The position numbers and the translations under genes were made by a program. The notes under the pieces are model-generated. The model worked only from the letters and a program-made list of their open reading frames with translations, did no database searches and was not told the origin of the DNA. Of a stretch of DNA of 49,174 bases, positions 26,888 to 37,129 are shown piece by piece (the first letter of the stretch is position 1; every line of letters starts with the position of its first letter). The stretch comes from Bacteroidales bacterium. GTDB taxonomy: Bacteria; Bacteroidota; Bacteroidia; Bacteroidales; UBA932. The DNA is taken from NCBI GenBank assembly GCA_017962585.1, contig JAGCVB010000050.1, positions 1 to 49,174 on the forward strand, in the 5' to 3' direction.

Positions 26888-27658
26888 TTATTTCAGGTAA
26901 CCGAGTTTACGGAGCTCCTTGCGGGCGAGTTCCATATCCTTCTGGAAATCTTCGTTGGCGTGTAGTACAGCCAGGGCTGCGCCGGCGGCAATGCGCGCGG
27001 CATCCACGTCACTCTGGTAGTGATAGCCCACAATTACGCGGCTCTCGCCGTATTCGTAACCGACCTTAAGAATCTCCTCGCTCCTTTCAGGAAATAGTTC
27101 TGCCAGCACCAATGCCATTGTCCAGCCCCTTGTGGCGTGCCCAGAAGGGTAGGAGGCGCTGTTTCTTGAACCCCTTTCTCCTTCAGGAACACCTGTAGGC
27201 TCATCGAACTCTACGTAAGGGCGCTTGCGCTTGAAGTGGTCCTTGGCTTTCTTGTTGGCGTTATTAGTGGTAGTGTATGACCTTGAGAGCAGCCTGCAAA
27301 GGTTTGGCATCCTGTCCGCGTCGATAAGGAATCCTAAAGCCGGCTCCAGTCTCTTTGCGATATATGACATTGAACTGCTGGCGTCGTCGTGCGCAACAGT
27401 TCCGCGCTGTGAGCTGCGGACACTCTTTCCCCAGGCATAATATGCAAGGTCACCTGCAAACAAGGCATCTCCCGGTTTTGAAGGGGAGGGAAGGAATACG
27501 GTGGCGTCAGGCAGATCTTCATCTGCCAGATACGCAGTTGCACTGCTCCTGCCCTCGTTTGCCACTTTCTTGGCGGCAGAACAGGACGCAATCAACAAGG
27601 CCGCAACCAGAATGGTGCTGATGCGGCCTAAGTTTAAGGTATAATTGTGCTTCAACAT
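26888..27658 (-). CDS. Class A non-specific acid phosphatase (PAP2 family) lipoprotein
   Basis: K......RP (KDHFKRKRP), SYPSGH, SRVIVGYHYQSD; lipobox ASC. Confidence 0.9.
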   Translation of the reverse strand: MLKHNYTLNLGRISTILVAALLIASCSAAKKVANEGRSSATAYLADEDLPDATVFLPSPSKPGDALFAGDLAYYAWGKSVRSSQRGTVAHDDASSSMSYIAKRLEPALGFLIDADRMPNLCRLLSRSYTTTNNANKKAKDHFKRKRPYVEFDEPTGVPEGERGSRNSASYPSGHATRGWTMALVLAELFPERSEEILKVGYEYGESRVIVGYHYQSDVDAARIAAGAALAVLHANEDFQKDMELARKELRKLGYLK

Positions 27659-27664
27659 AGTCTT

Positions 27665-30385
27665 TTACTCGCTCTGGCTGATTGCAGCCTGTGCTGCAGC
27701 AAGCCTTGCGATAGGAACGCGGAAAGGTGAGCAGGAAACGTAATCCAGACCAATCTTGTTGAAGAAGTTGATTGAGTCAGGATCGCCGCCGTGCTCGCCG
27801 CAGATACCGCACTTGAGGTCAGGCCTCTGGGAACGTCCTCCCTGGATACCGTACTCTACCAGCTTGCCGACACCCTTGGTATCGATTGTCTGGAACGGGT
27901 CGGCGTCAAGGATCTTGTTGCCGAGGTAGTCGCCCATGAAAGTGCCCACGTCGTCGCGTGAGAAACCGAATGTCATCTGGGTGAGGTCGTTGGTACCGAA
28001 GCTGAAGAACTCTGCGGTGCGGGCCATACGGTTTGCAGTAAGGGCTGCGCGAGGGATCTCTATCATTGTACCGAACTTGTAGTTGATGGTCATCATATAG
28101 CGGCCTTCAACCTCTGCGCGTACGCGGTCGCAGATTCCCTTCTGGAAACTGAGCTCACGGGCAGATACCGTAACAGGGATCATAATCTCAGGGATAGGTT
28201 TGTAACCCTCGTTGATAAGCTCTGCTGTTGCGGTGAAGATGGCCCTGTACTGGGTTTCGGCGATGAGAGGGAAGGATACGTGCAGACGTACTCCGCGGTG
28301 ACCCATCATAGGGTTGACCTCGTGCAGGTGCTCGCCTCTCTTCTCAATTTCTGCTACTGAAACGCCAAGCTCCTTTGCGATCTCGGCCTTCTTGTCCTGG
28401 CTCTTGGGAACGAACTCGTGCAGAGGCGGGTCAAGCAGACGGAATACAACGGGCTTGCCGTCCATAATCTTCATCGTGCTCTTTACGGAAGCCTTGATGA
28501 ACGGCTCCAGCTCTGCAAGGGCTGCCTTGCGCTCCTTCTCGGTGTCGCAGAGGATCATCTTGCGGAGTTTGGAAAGAGGCAGCTCGGAGTGCTTGCCGTA
28601 GAACATATGCTCTATACGGAACAGACCGATTCCCTCGGCGCCGAACTGAAGTGCGCGTGCAGCGTCCTCAGGGGTGTCAGCATTTGTGCGGATGCCCAGA
28701 CGGCGGTATTTGTCCACGATTGACATGAACTTCTTGAACAGAGGATTCTCGGAAGCGTCCATTGTGGCAATCTCGCTGCCGTAGATGAGTCCCTTGGATC
28801 CGTTCAGGGAAAGGGTGTCACCCTCCTTGAACTTGAGGTCTCCGAAACTTACGGTCTTGTTTGCAAGGTCAATCTTCATTGCCTCGCATCCTACGATACA
28901 GCACTTGCCCCAACCACGGGCTACCAGGGCTGCGTGGGAGGTCATACCTCCGCGGGTGGTAAGGATACCTGCTGCCACCCTCATACCCTCGATATCCTCA
29001 GGTGAGGTCTCTTCGCGTACCAGGATAACCTTCTTGCCCTTTGCGTACTCTTTCATTGCATCCTCGATGGTGAAGCAGATTTCTCCTACTGCTCCGCCAG
29101 GAGATGCGGGAAGTCCGTGAGCGATGACCTTTGCCTTCTTCTCAGAAGCGGGGTCGAGGATAGGGTGGAGAATCTCGTCCAGCTGGCTGGGGGATACTCT
29201 CATCACGGAGGTCTTCTCGTCTATCATACCCTCTTCGAGCATATCCATTGCCATCTGGAGGGCTGCAAGGCCGGTTCTCTTTCCAATACGGCACTGAAGC
29301 ATATACAGTTTGCCGTCCTGGATGGTGAACTCGATGTCCTGCATATCGTGGAAGTGGTTCTCAAGAAGGACGCGGATGTCGTCCAGCTCCTTGTAAACCT
29401 CAGGCATTGCCTTCTCGAGGGACTGCAGGTTCTTGTTGTGGTCTGTCTTTGTTGCCTCGTTAAGAGGGTTGGGGGTGCGGATTCCGGCTACTACGTCTTC
29501 GCCCTGGGCGTTGATGAGCCACTCTCCGTAGAATTTGTTGTCACCGATGGCAGGGTTACGGGAGAAGGCAACTCCTGTAGCGGAGGTCTCGCCCATGTTT
29601 CCGAATACCATTGACTGTACGTTCACTGCTGTTCCCCAGTCATCAGGAATCTTCTCTATCTTGCGGTATGCGATAGCCCTCTTTCCGTTCCAGGATTTGA
29701 ATACGCCTCCGATGGAACCCCAGAGCTGGGCCTTTGCGCTGTCCGGGAAATCTACTCCCAGGACTTCCTTTACTTTCTTCTTGAATACCTCGCAGAGATC
29801 CTTGAGCTCGTCTGCGGTAATCTCGGTGTCGTTCTTGTATCCTTTGGCCTCTTTGAGGTCTGCCATCATCTTGTCAAGCTGCTGGCGGATGCCTTTTCCG
29901 TCCTCGGGCTCTATGCCTTCGGCCTTCTCCATAACGACGTCGGAGTACATCATGATAAGACGCCTGTATGCGTCATATACGAAACGAGGGTTGCCGGTCT
30001 TCTCTATCATTCCCGGGATGGTGTCGGAGCAGAGTCCGATGTTGAGGATGGTGTCCATCATACCAGGCATTGAGCTGCGGGCACCTGAGCGGCAGCTGAC
30101 CAGAAGAGGGTTCTTCTTGTCGCCGAATTTCTTTCCCATAAGGGCTTCTGTGGCTTCCAGCGCGGCTGCGACCTCGCCTTTAAGTTCTTCAGTGTAAGAG
30201 CCGCCAAGAGCGTAATACTCTGCGCAGCATTCGGTTGTGATTGTAAATCCTGCAGGTACAGGCAAACCGAGTTTGCTCATTTCTGCCAGGTTGGCTCCCT
30301 TTCCACCAAGGAGCTCTCTCATCTTACCGTCACCCTCGGCGGTCTTTCCGCCAAAACGGTAAACTCTTTTCTTTCTTTCAAACAT
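27665..30385 (-). CDS. ppdK: Pyruvate, phosphate dikinase
   Basis: LLGGKGANLAEM, SMPGMMDT.LN, GGMTSHAA (phospho-His), FFSFGTNDLTQMTFG.SRDD, GICGEHGGDP. Confidence 0.98.
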   Translation of the reverse strand: MFERKKRVYRFGGKTAEGDGKMRELLGGKGANLAEMSKLGLPVPAGFTITTECCAEYYALGGSYTEELKGEVAAALEATEALMGKKFGDKKNPLLVSCRSGARSSMPGMMDTILNIGLCSDTIPGMIEKTGNPRFVYDAYRRLIMMYSDVVMEKAEGIEPEDGKGIRQQLDKMMADLKEAKGYKNDTEITADELKDLCEVFKKKVKEVLGVDFPDSAKAQLWGSIGGVFKSWNGKRAIAYRKIEKIPDDWGTAVNVQSMVFGNMGETSATGVAFSRNPAIGDNKFYGEWLINAQGEDVVAGIRTPNPLNEATKTDHNKNLQSLEKAMPEVYKELDDIRVLLENHFHDMQDIEFTIQDGKLYMLQCRIGKRTGLAALQMAMDMLEEGMIDEKTSVMRVSPSQLDEILHPILDPASEKKAKVIAHGLPASPGGAVGEICFTIEDAMKEYAKGKKVILVREETSPEDIEGMRVAAGILTTRGGMTSHAALVARGWGKCCIVGCEAMKIDLANKTVSFGDLKFKEGDTLSLNGSKGLIYGSEIATMDASENPLFKKFMSIVDKYRRLGIRTNADTPEDAARALQFGAEGIGLFRIEHMFYGKHSELPLSKLRKMILCDTEKERKAALAELEPFIKASVKSTMKIMDGKPVVFRLLDPPLHEFVPKSQDKKAEIAKELGVSVAEIEKRGEHLHEVNPMMGHRGVRLHVSFPLIAETQYRAIFTATAELINEGYKPIPEIMIPVTVSARELSFQKGICDRVRAEVEGRYMMTINYKFGTMIEIPRAALTANRMARTAEFFSFGTNDLTQMTFGFSRDDVGTFMGDYLGNKILDADPFQTIDTKGVGKLVEYGIQGGRSQRPDLKCGICGEHGGDPDSINFFNKIGLDYVSCSPFRVPIARLAAAQAAISQSE

Positions 30386-30412
30386 ATTATTTTTCCTTCA
30401 AAATTTCGTGCG

Positions 30413-30420
30413 CGAAGATA
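30413..30420 (-). promoter_or_regulatory. Possible -7 element for ppdK
   Basis: TATCTTCG on the minus strand (one mismatch). Confidence 0.35.
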
Positions 30421-30446
30421 GTAAAAATATTCTATAAATCATCGCT

Positions 30447-31571
30447 TTAGTCCTCACCTTCTGCACTTTGGCTTCGGATGAGCGAATCGAGTATGGATTC
30501 TATAGAGGATTTTCCGGTTTCAGTCACCGTTATGTCCCTGCTGCCCACGTCAGGATGCCCCAGAGGGAAGTAAACTATGTCTTGCAGGAGCATCTCGGCG
30601 TCTATGTAGTCGAAGTCTATGTCGCGTATCTGTATCACGGCCCCGGGGACCTCGGAGAACAGTATTCTTATGGAATCGCTCTCGTTGGTGGTCTTTTTGA
30701 TGTCCGCCAGGTTTATACCGGCACCGCAGGTGCCGCTCATACGCCTGAGTGCAGCCAGGAGGCCGCCTTCGCCCACGGTGCCGGCGCTGAGCAGGATGCC
30801 GTCTTCGGAGAGTTCGCGCACCAGTTCGTAGCAGTCCATGAAATAGTCTGCGTCACCTGTTTCGGGAGCGGTGTCGGGCGTACCCTTGATGACCTCCGAG
30901 AACAACGATCCTCCAAGGCGGAAGTCGCAGGTGTCGAAGGGGATGAATATGATCCAACTGTCGGCCTCGGGGATTATCTGGTCAGAGGTGATGAGGCCGC
31001 GTCCCATCCTGGGCTCGGAGTCTGACAGGGTGTCGTCGTCAAGTTCGTCATAGTTCTTGTCAGGGCAGCGGGCGATGCAGGCCTTGAAGGTAAGCGAGCA
31101 GGTGTCGGCCTGGGTTACGCAGTAACGCTGGAGGCGTATGCCCAGGGCGTCGATGTATTCGGCCGCGGCGGCGCAGGACGCGTAGAAGGCGGCGTTGCTG
31201 CCCAGGCTCTTGTCGCACCATTCCCACTGGGCCGTGAGGGCCAGGTCTGGCAGGTGGAAATTGCCCTTTCTCCAAAGGGTGTCTATCAACTCCCAGGCAA
31301 TCAGGTTCTTTGTATATGTGGCTGAGAATGCTGAAGGGAATGCTGAACGGGAAGTTGCCAGGACCTTGTTAAGGTAGTAGTGCATCTGCTCTGCGTCGGT
31401 GCTGCAGGACTTCAGTTCCGGATCCGGATTCTCATCGGCAATCATATCGGGATCGCCCTTCACCCGCAGTTTCTCTATGGCAATGTCGTTGAGCATTTCC
31501 AGAGGGGACAAGGCCTGGGGAACACCGTCAATGATGTAATTTGAAAGGAGTGCTGATGAGAAATTTTTCAT
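30447..31571 (-). CDS. Stand-alone, degenerate PurL (FGAM synthase) second PurM-like/AIRS_C domain protein
   Basis: Resembles the middle of large PurL: YLNKVL, L.L.A.W.W, RLGGS.F......G...P...DA.YF......V.EL...G.LL, GGL..AL..M, I.ILF.E.PG.VIQI; no glutaminase domain and no N-terminal domain. Confidence 0.7.
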   Translation of the reverse strand: MKNFSSALLSNYIIDGVPQALSPLEMLNDIAIEKLRVKGDPDMIADENPDPELKSCSTDAEQMHYYLNKVLATSRSAFPSAFSATYTKNLIAWELIDTLWRKGNFHLPDLALTAQWEWCDKSLGSNAAFYASCAAAAEYIDALGIRLQRYCVTQADTCSLTFKACIARCPDKNYDELDDDTLSDSEPRMGRGLITSDQIIPEADSWIIFIPFDTCDFRLGGSLFSEVIKGTPDTAPETGDADYFMDCYELVRELSEDGILLSAGTVGEGGLLAALRRMSGTCGAGINLADIKKTTNESDSIRILFSEVPGAVIQIRDIDFDYIDAEMLLQDIVYFPLGHPDVGSRDITVTETGKSSIESILDSLIRSQSAEGED

Positions 31572-31590
31572 ATAGCAGTCAATCAGACTT

Positions 31591-31608
31591 CAAAAATAGT
31601 TAATTTTG
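31591..31608. promoter_or_regulatory. Back-to-back divergent -7 elements (PurL-like gene / folC)
   Basis: CAAAAATA (TATTTTTG on minus) at 31591-31598 and TAATTTTG at 31601-31608. Confidence 0.6.
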
Positions 31609-31622
31609 AAATCAGTTCAAAT

Positions 31623-32960
31623 ATGCAAGACTACGACGAAATCATAAAAAACTTGTTTGCACGCCACCAGTCAGTGCAAAATGCCGGTTTCAACCCTGAT
31701 TCCTACAAGCCGGGGCTGGACAGGATAAGGGGACTGGACCGGAAGATGGGGAATCCGTCGGAGCACCTGCGTTTCGTGCACGTGGCCGGGACTAACGGCA
31801 AGGGATCGGTGTGCTCTATGCTGGCGGCGTCGCTTTCCGGCAACGGTTACCGTGTGGGGCTGTTCACTTCGCCTCATCTGCTGGATTTCCGCGAAAGGAT
31901 AAAGATTGTGGAAGACGGTGGCTGCAGGATGATTCCGCGCGAGAGCGTGCTGGAGTTCCTTGAGAAGTATGACTCTCCTGATCTGTCTTTCTTCGAGATC
32001 ACCACGGGCTTGGCGCTCTGGTATTTCGACCGCTGCCAGGTGGATATCGCCGTCCTGGAAGTGGGCCTGGGAGGCCTGCTGGACTCTACCAACATTGTTG
32101 TGCCGGAGATTTCGGTCGTGACGTCCATCGGGCTGGATCACTGCGCCCTGCTGGGCGATACGCGCGCTCTGATTGCCGGCCAGAAGGCCGGAATCTTCAA
32201 GAGCGGCGTCCCCGCGGTGGTGGGGGAGCGCGACGATGAGACGGCGCCCGTCTTCGAGGCCGCCGCCGCTGCCGTGCACTGCCCGCTGTTCTTCGCTGAC
32301 AATATGGATCTCGACAATTGTCTGCAGGAGTACCTGCCTGAAAATCGTGATAACAACAGGCTTAACGCCGAAAACGATTTTCAGGCAGGTACTCCTGCAG
32401 ACATCCTAGCCAGGATGGATCTGAAGGGGGAGTGGCAGGGCAAAAACCTGCGTACGGTTCTCTGCGCCCTGGATTTGCTGGGCGAGGAGCCTGATTTTGA
32501 AGCCATTACCCACGCCGCGGCAATCACCGGCCTGCACGGGCGCTGGGAGACAGTGGGCGTCAGCCCGCTGACGATAGCGGACATAGGCCACAACCCCGCC
32601 GCGCTCAAAGAAAACTTCGCCCGCCTGCGCGCTGAGATGGACGGCGGCGCTTACGACAAGTTGCTGATAGTCTACGGCATAATGGCCGATAAGGACCTGG
32701 ACGGAATCATCCCTCTTATGCCACCTGGCGCAGAGTATTTCTTTGCCGCTCCGGATACCCCCCGCGCACTCCCGGCCACTGAGATACTCAGTCGCTTTGC
32801 CGCGCTCCGCCAGGAGGCGGCAGTTGCCTGTGACTCAGTAGATGATGCCGTAAAGAAAGCCAGAGCTGTCGCTACTCCCAAGTCCTTAATATATGTAGGA
32901 GGAAGCGCTTTTGTGGTTGCAGATTGCCTTAAGTTCCTGCAATCTTCAAAAAATGATTAA
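31623..32960 (+). CDS. folC: Bifunctional folylpolyglutamate synthase / dihydrofolate synthase
   Basis: HVAGTNGKGS, GLFTSPHL.DFRERI, SFFE.TT, EVGLGG.LDSTN, SIGLDH, D.GHN, GRWE. Confidence 0.95.
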   Translation: MQDYDEIIKNLFARHQSVQNAGFNPDSYKPGLDRIRGLDRKMGNPSEHLRFVHVAGTNGKGSVCSMLAASLSGNGYRVGLFTSPHLLDFRERIKIVEDGGCRMIPRESVLEFLEKYDSPDLSFFEITTGLALWYFDRCQVDIAVLEVGLGGLLDSTNIVVPEISVVTSIGLDHCALLGDTRALIAGQKAGIFKSGVPAVVGERDDETAPVFEAAAAAVHCPLFFADNMDLDNCLQEYLPENRDNNRLNAENDFQAGTPADILARMDLKGEWQGKNLRTVLCALDLLGEEPDFEAITHAAAITGLHGRWETVGVSPLTIADIGHNPAALKENFARLRAEMDGGAYDKLLIVYGIMADKDLDGIIPLMPPGAEYFFAAPDTPRALPATEILSRFAALRQEAAVACDSVDDAVKKARAVATPKSLIYVGGSAFVVADCLKFLQSSKND

Positions 32961-32965
32961 AAAAA

Positions 32966-32996
32966 TTTGCAACTCCTGAATTTTTCCTTACCTTTG
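32966..32996 (+). promoter_or_regulatory. Consensus Bacteroidota sigmaA promoter for tRNA-Val
   Basis: TTTG (32966-32969), 19-nt spacer, TACCTTTG (32989-32996). Confidence 0.85.
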
Positions 32997-33006
32997 CAAT
33001 CCCCAC

Positions 33007-33084
33007 GGGAGATTAGCTCAGTTGGTTTAGAGCGTCTGCCTTACAAGCAGAGGGTCGGGGGTTCGACTCCCTCATCTCCCACCA
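33007..33084 (+). tRNA. tRNA-Val(TAC) with encoded CCA
   Basis: Acceptor GGGAGAT/ATCTCCC-A-CCA, D arm GCTCAGTTGGTTTAGAGC, anticodon stem TCTGC-CT TAC AA-GCAGA, T loop GTTCGACTC. Confidence 0.97.
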
Positions 33085-33087
33085 AAT

Positions 33088-33117
33088 AAAGGATGGCCTA
33101 TCGGTCATCCTTTTTTT
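33088..33117 (+). terminator. Terminator after the tRNA
   Basis: AAAGGATGGCC-tatc-GGTCATCC-T7. Confidence 0.85.
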
Positions 33118-33129
33118 GTGGCGTATAAT

Positions 33130-33210
33130 CAGAGGCAGGGGGTGTCATAAAAATCGATTTCGGCGTTAAGCCTGCTTTGTTTTCGATTTTTATGACACCC
33201 CCTGCCTCTG
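33130..33210. repeat. 81-bp palindromic element with 28-bp perfect inverted repeats downstream of groEL
   Basis: CAGAGGCAGGGGGTGTCATAAAAATCGA (33130-33157) is the exact reverse complement of 33183-33210; 25-nt spacer. Confidence 0.85.
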
Positions 33211-33227
33211 GATAAAGTACGAAGGAA

Positions 33228-35121
<1,894 letters not shown>

Positions 35122-35149
35122 ACTTATAGTTTTAATTATTGATTTCCAT

Positions 35150-35176
35150 AAAAAAACCGGACCCCTGAGGGGCCGG
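35150..35176 (-). terminator. Terminator-like hairpin between the SpoU gene and groES
   Basis: Minus strand CCGGCCCC-tca-GGGG-t-CCGG-T7. Confidence 0.65.
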
Positions 35177-35186
35177 ATAAATAAGC

Positions 35187-35202
35187 GCAATGTCTGTGCC
35201 GA
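35187..35202 (-). promoter_or_regulatory. sigma54-like -24/-12 element upstream of groES
   Basis: Minus strand TCGGCACAGACATTGC has GG-N10-GC with GGCAC and TTGC. Confidence 0.5.
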
Positions 35203-35224
35203 ATGCCGGAAGACTGCCAATTTG

Positions 35225-35749
35225 TCACGGGCGGAAGTGCCACAGGATGACACCCACGGCAACCGACACGTTGAGGGAGTGCTTGGTGCCCCACTGGGGT
35301 ATTTCCAGGACTATGTCCGAAGCGTCCGCTACGCTCTGCTGCACTCCGTCGACCTCGTTGCCGAAGACCACGGCATACCTGCGTCCGTCTTCTTTGACGA
35401 AGTCTTCAAGGCTGACTGCGCCCTCCGTCTGCTCCACGCAGACGATGACGTAGCCCTGGGCGCGGAGGTTTTCGACCGCGGCGAGTGTATCGTCACAATG
35501 CTCCCAGGCCACGCTCTGCTCGGCTCCCAGCGCGGATTTGTGGATTTCCGCAGAAGGGGGGCACGCGCAGATGCCGCAGAGGTATATCCGGTCCACCCCG
35601 AAGGCGTCTGCGGTGCGGAAGGCGCTGCCCACATTGTGGGCGCTGCGGATGTTGTCCAGCACCACCACCACGCCGCCGGGCTGTCTCCGGCGGTATTCGT
35701 CCGGGCTTACCCTGCCCAGTTCGCTGTTTAGTAATTTTCGGTGGGACAT
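35225..35749 (-). CDS. SpoU/TrmH family RNA methyltransferase
   Basis: [56 protein letters not shown]. Confidence 0.93.
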   Translation of the reverse strand: MSHRKLLNSELGRVSPDEYRRRQPGGVVVVLDNIRSAHNVGSAFRTADAFGVDRIYLCGICACPPSAEIHKSALGAEQSVAWEHCDDTLAAVENLRAQGYVIVCVEQTEGAVSLEDFVKEDGRRYAVVFGNEVDGVQQSVADASDIVLEIPQWGTKHSLNVSVAVGVILWHFRP

Positions 35750-35757
35750 TATGGGTG

Positions 35758-35785
35758 CAAAAGTAACATTATTTTGCTATATTTG
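35758..35785. promoter_or_regulatory. Overlapping divergent promoters (SpoU / glyA)
   Basis: TACTTTTG on minus (35758-35765) and TATATTTG on plus (35778-35785). Confidence 0.65.
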
Positions 35786-35809
35786 TTTGTTTGAAATCAC
35801 AATACGCAA

Positions 35810-37120
35810 ATGAAACAGGATATCCAGATCTTCGACCTTATCAAGAAAGAGAGGGACAGGCAGGCTTCGGGCCTTGAGTTAATCGCATCGGAAAACTATG
35901 TAAGCCAGGGCGTTATGGACGCTATGGGAAGCATCTGCACCAACAAGTACGCAGAGGGCTATCCCGGAAAGCGCTATTACGGCGGCTGCGAAGTGGTAGA
36001 CCAGATAGAGCAACTGGCCATAGACCGCCTCAAGAAGATTTACGATGCTGAGTACGCCAACGTACAGCCTCACTCTGGCGCACAGGCCAATATGGCCGTG
36101 ATAATGGCAGTGCTCAAGCCGGGCGACACCTTTATGGGTCTGGACCTTTCCCAGGGCGGACACCTGACACACGGTTCGCCGGTTAACGCCTCCGGTATCC
36201 TGTACAATGCTGTTGCATACGGCCTCAATCCTGAAACAGGCTGCATAGACTATGACAAGATGGAGCAGACTGCTCTCAAGTGCAAGCCAAAACTCATCAT
36301 CGGCGGCGCATCTGCATACTCCCGCGAGTGGGACTATGAGCGCATGCGCGCACTGGCCGACAGGGTGGGAGCCCTTCTTTGGATAGATATGGCCCACACC
36401 GCCGGCCTCATCGCCGCAGGCCTTCTGAAGAATCCTGTGAAGTACGCCCACATAGTAACTTCCACCACCCACAAGACCCTGCGCGGCCCTCGCGGAGGCG
36501 TCATCCTGATGGGCAAGGACTTCGACAATCCCTGGGGCCTTACAACTCCAAAGGGAGAAGTAAAGAAGATGAGCCAGATCCTCAATTCATCCGTATTCCC
36601 GGGCATCCAGGGAGGCCCTCTGGAGCACGTGATCGCAGCCAAGGCCGTAGCCTTCTACGAGGCCATGCAGCCGGAGTTCATAGACTACCAGAAGCAGGTG
36701 ATCTCCAACGCCCAGGCAATGTGCAACGCCTTCCTCAAGAGGGGTTACAACGTAGTTTCTGGCGGAACCGACAACCACCTGATGCTGATAGACCTCCGCT
36801 CCAAGTTCCCTGAGGTTACCGGAAGGATGGCTGAGCAGCAGTTGGTTAAGGCAGACATCACCCTTAACAAGAATATGGTTCCTTTCGATTCCCGTTCCGC
36901 TTTCCAGACTTCCGGATTCCGTATCGGAACCCCCGCCGTCACTTCCCGCGGAATGGTAGAAAGGGATATGGAAGAGATAGTTTCAATGATTGACGAGGTT
37001 CTCGCATCGGTATCCGCTCACGCAACTGACCTCGAGAGCCCGGAGCACATCGCGGTGATAGACTCCATCCGCCGCAAGGTGCATAACATGACAAAGCTCT
37101 ATCCTCTAAATAAATATTAG
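35810..37120 (+). CDS. glyA: Serine hydroxymethyltransferase
   Basis: [42 protein letters not shown] (PLP Lys), GGTDNHL. Confidence 0.98.
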   Translation: MKQDIQIFDLIKKERDRQASGLELIASENYVSQGVMDAMGSICTNKYAEGYPGKRYYGGCEVVDQIEQLAIDRLKKIYDAEYANVQPHSGAQANMAVIMAVLKPGDTFMGLDLSQGGHLTHGSPVNASGILYNAVAYGLNPETGCIDYDKMEQTALKCKPKLIIGGASAYSREWDYERMRALADRVGALLWIDMAHTAGLIAAGLLKNPVKYAHIVTSTTHKTLRGPRGGVILMGKDFDNPWGLTTPKGEVKKMSQILNSSVFPGIQGGPLEHVIAAKAVAFYEAMQPEFIDYQKQVISNAQAMCNAFLKRGYNVVSGGTDNHLMLIDLRSKFPEVTGRMAEQQLVKADITLNKNMVPFDSRSAFQTSGFRIGTPAVTSRGMVERDMEEIVSMIDEVLASVSAHATDLESPEHIAVIDSIRRKVHNMTKLYPLNKY

Positions 37121-37129
37121 CAGTTAAAT

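Noticed and set aside
33007-33227. tRNA-Val as an occupied integration site
   Set aside because: No integrase and no duplicated tRNA 3' end seen in the window
35122-35262. CIRCE operator, or an N-terminally extended GroES as in the ORF track
   Set aside because: No TTAGCACTC-N9-GAGTGCTAA; GroES homology begins at ATG 35121
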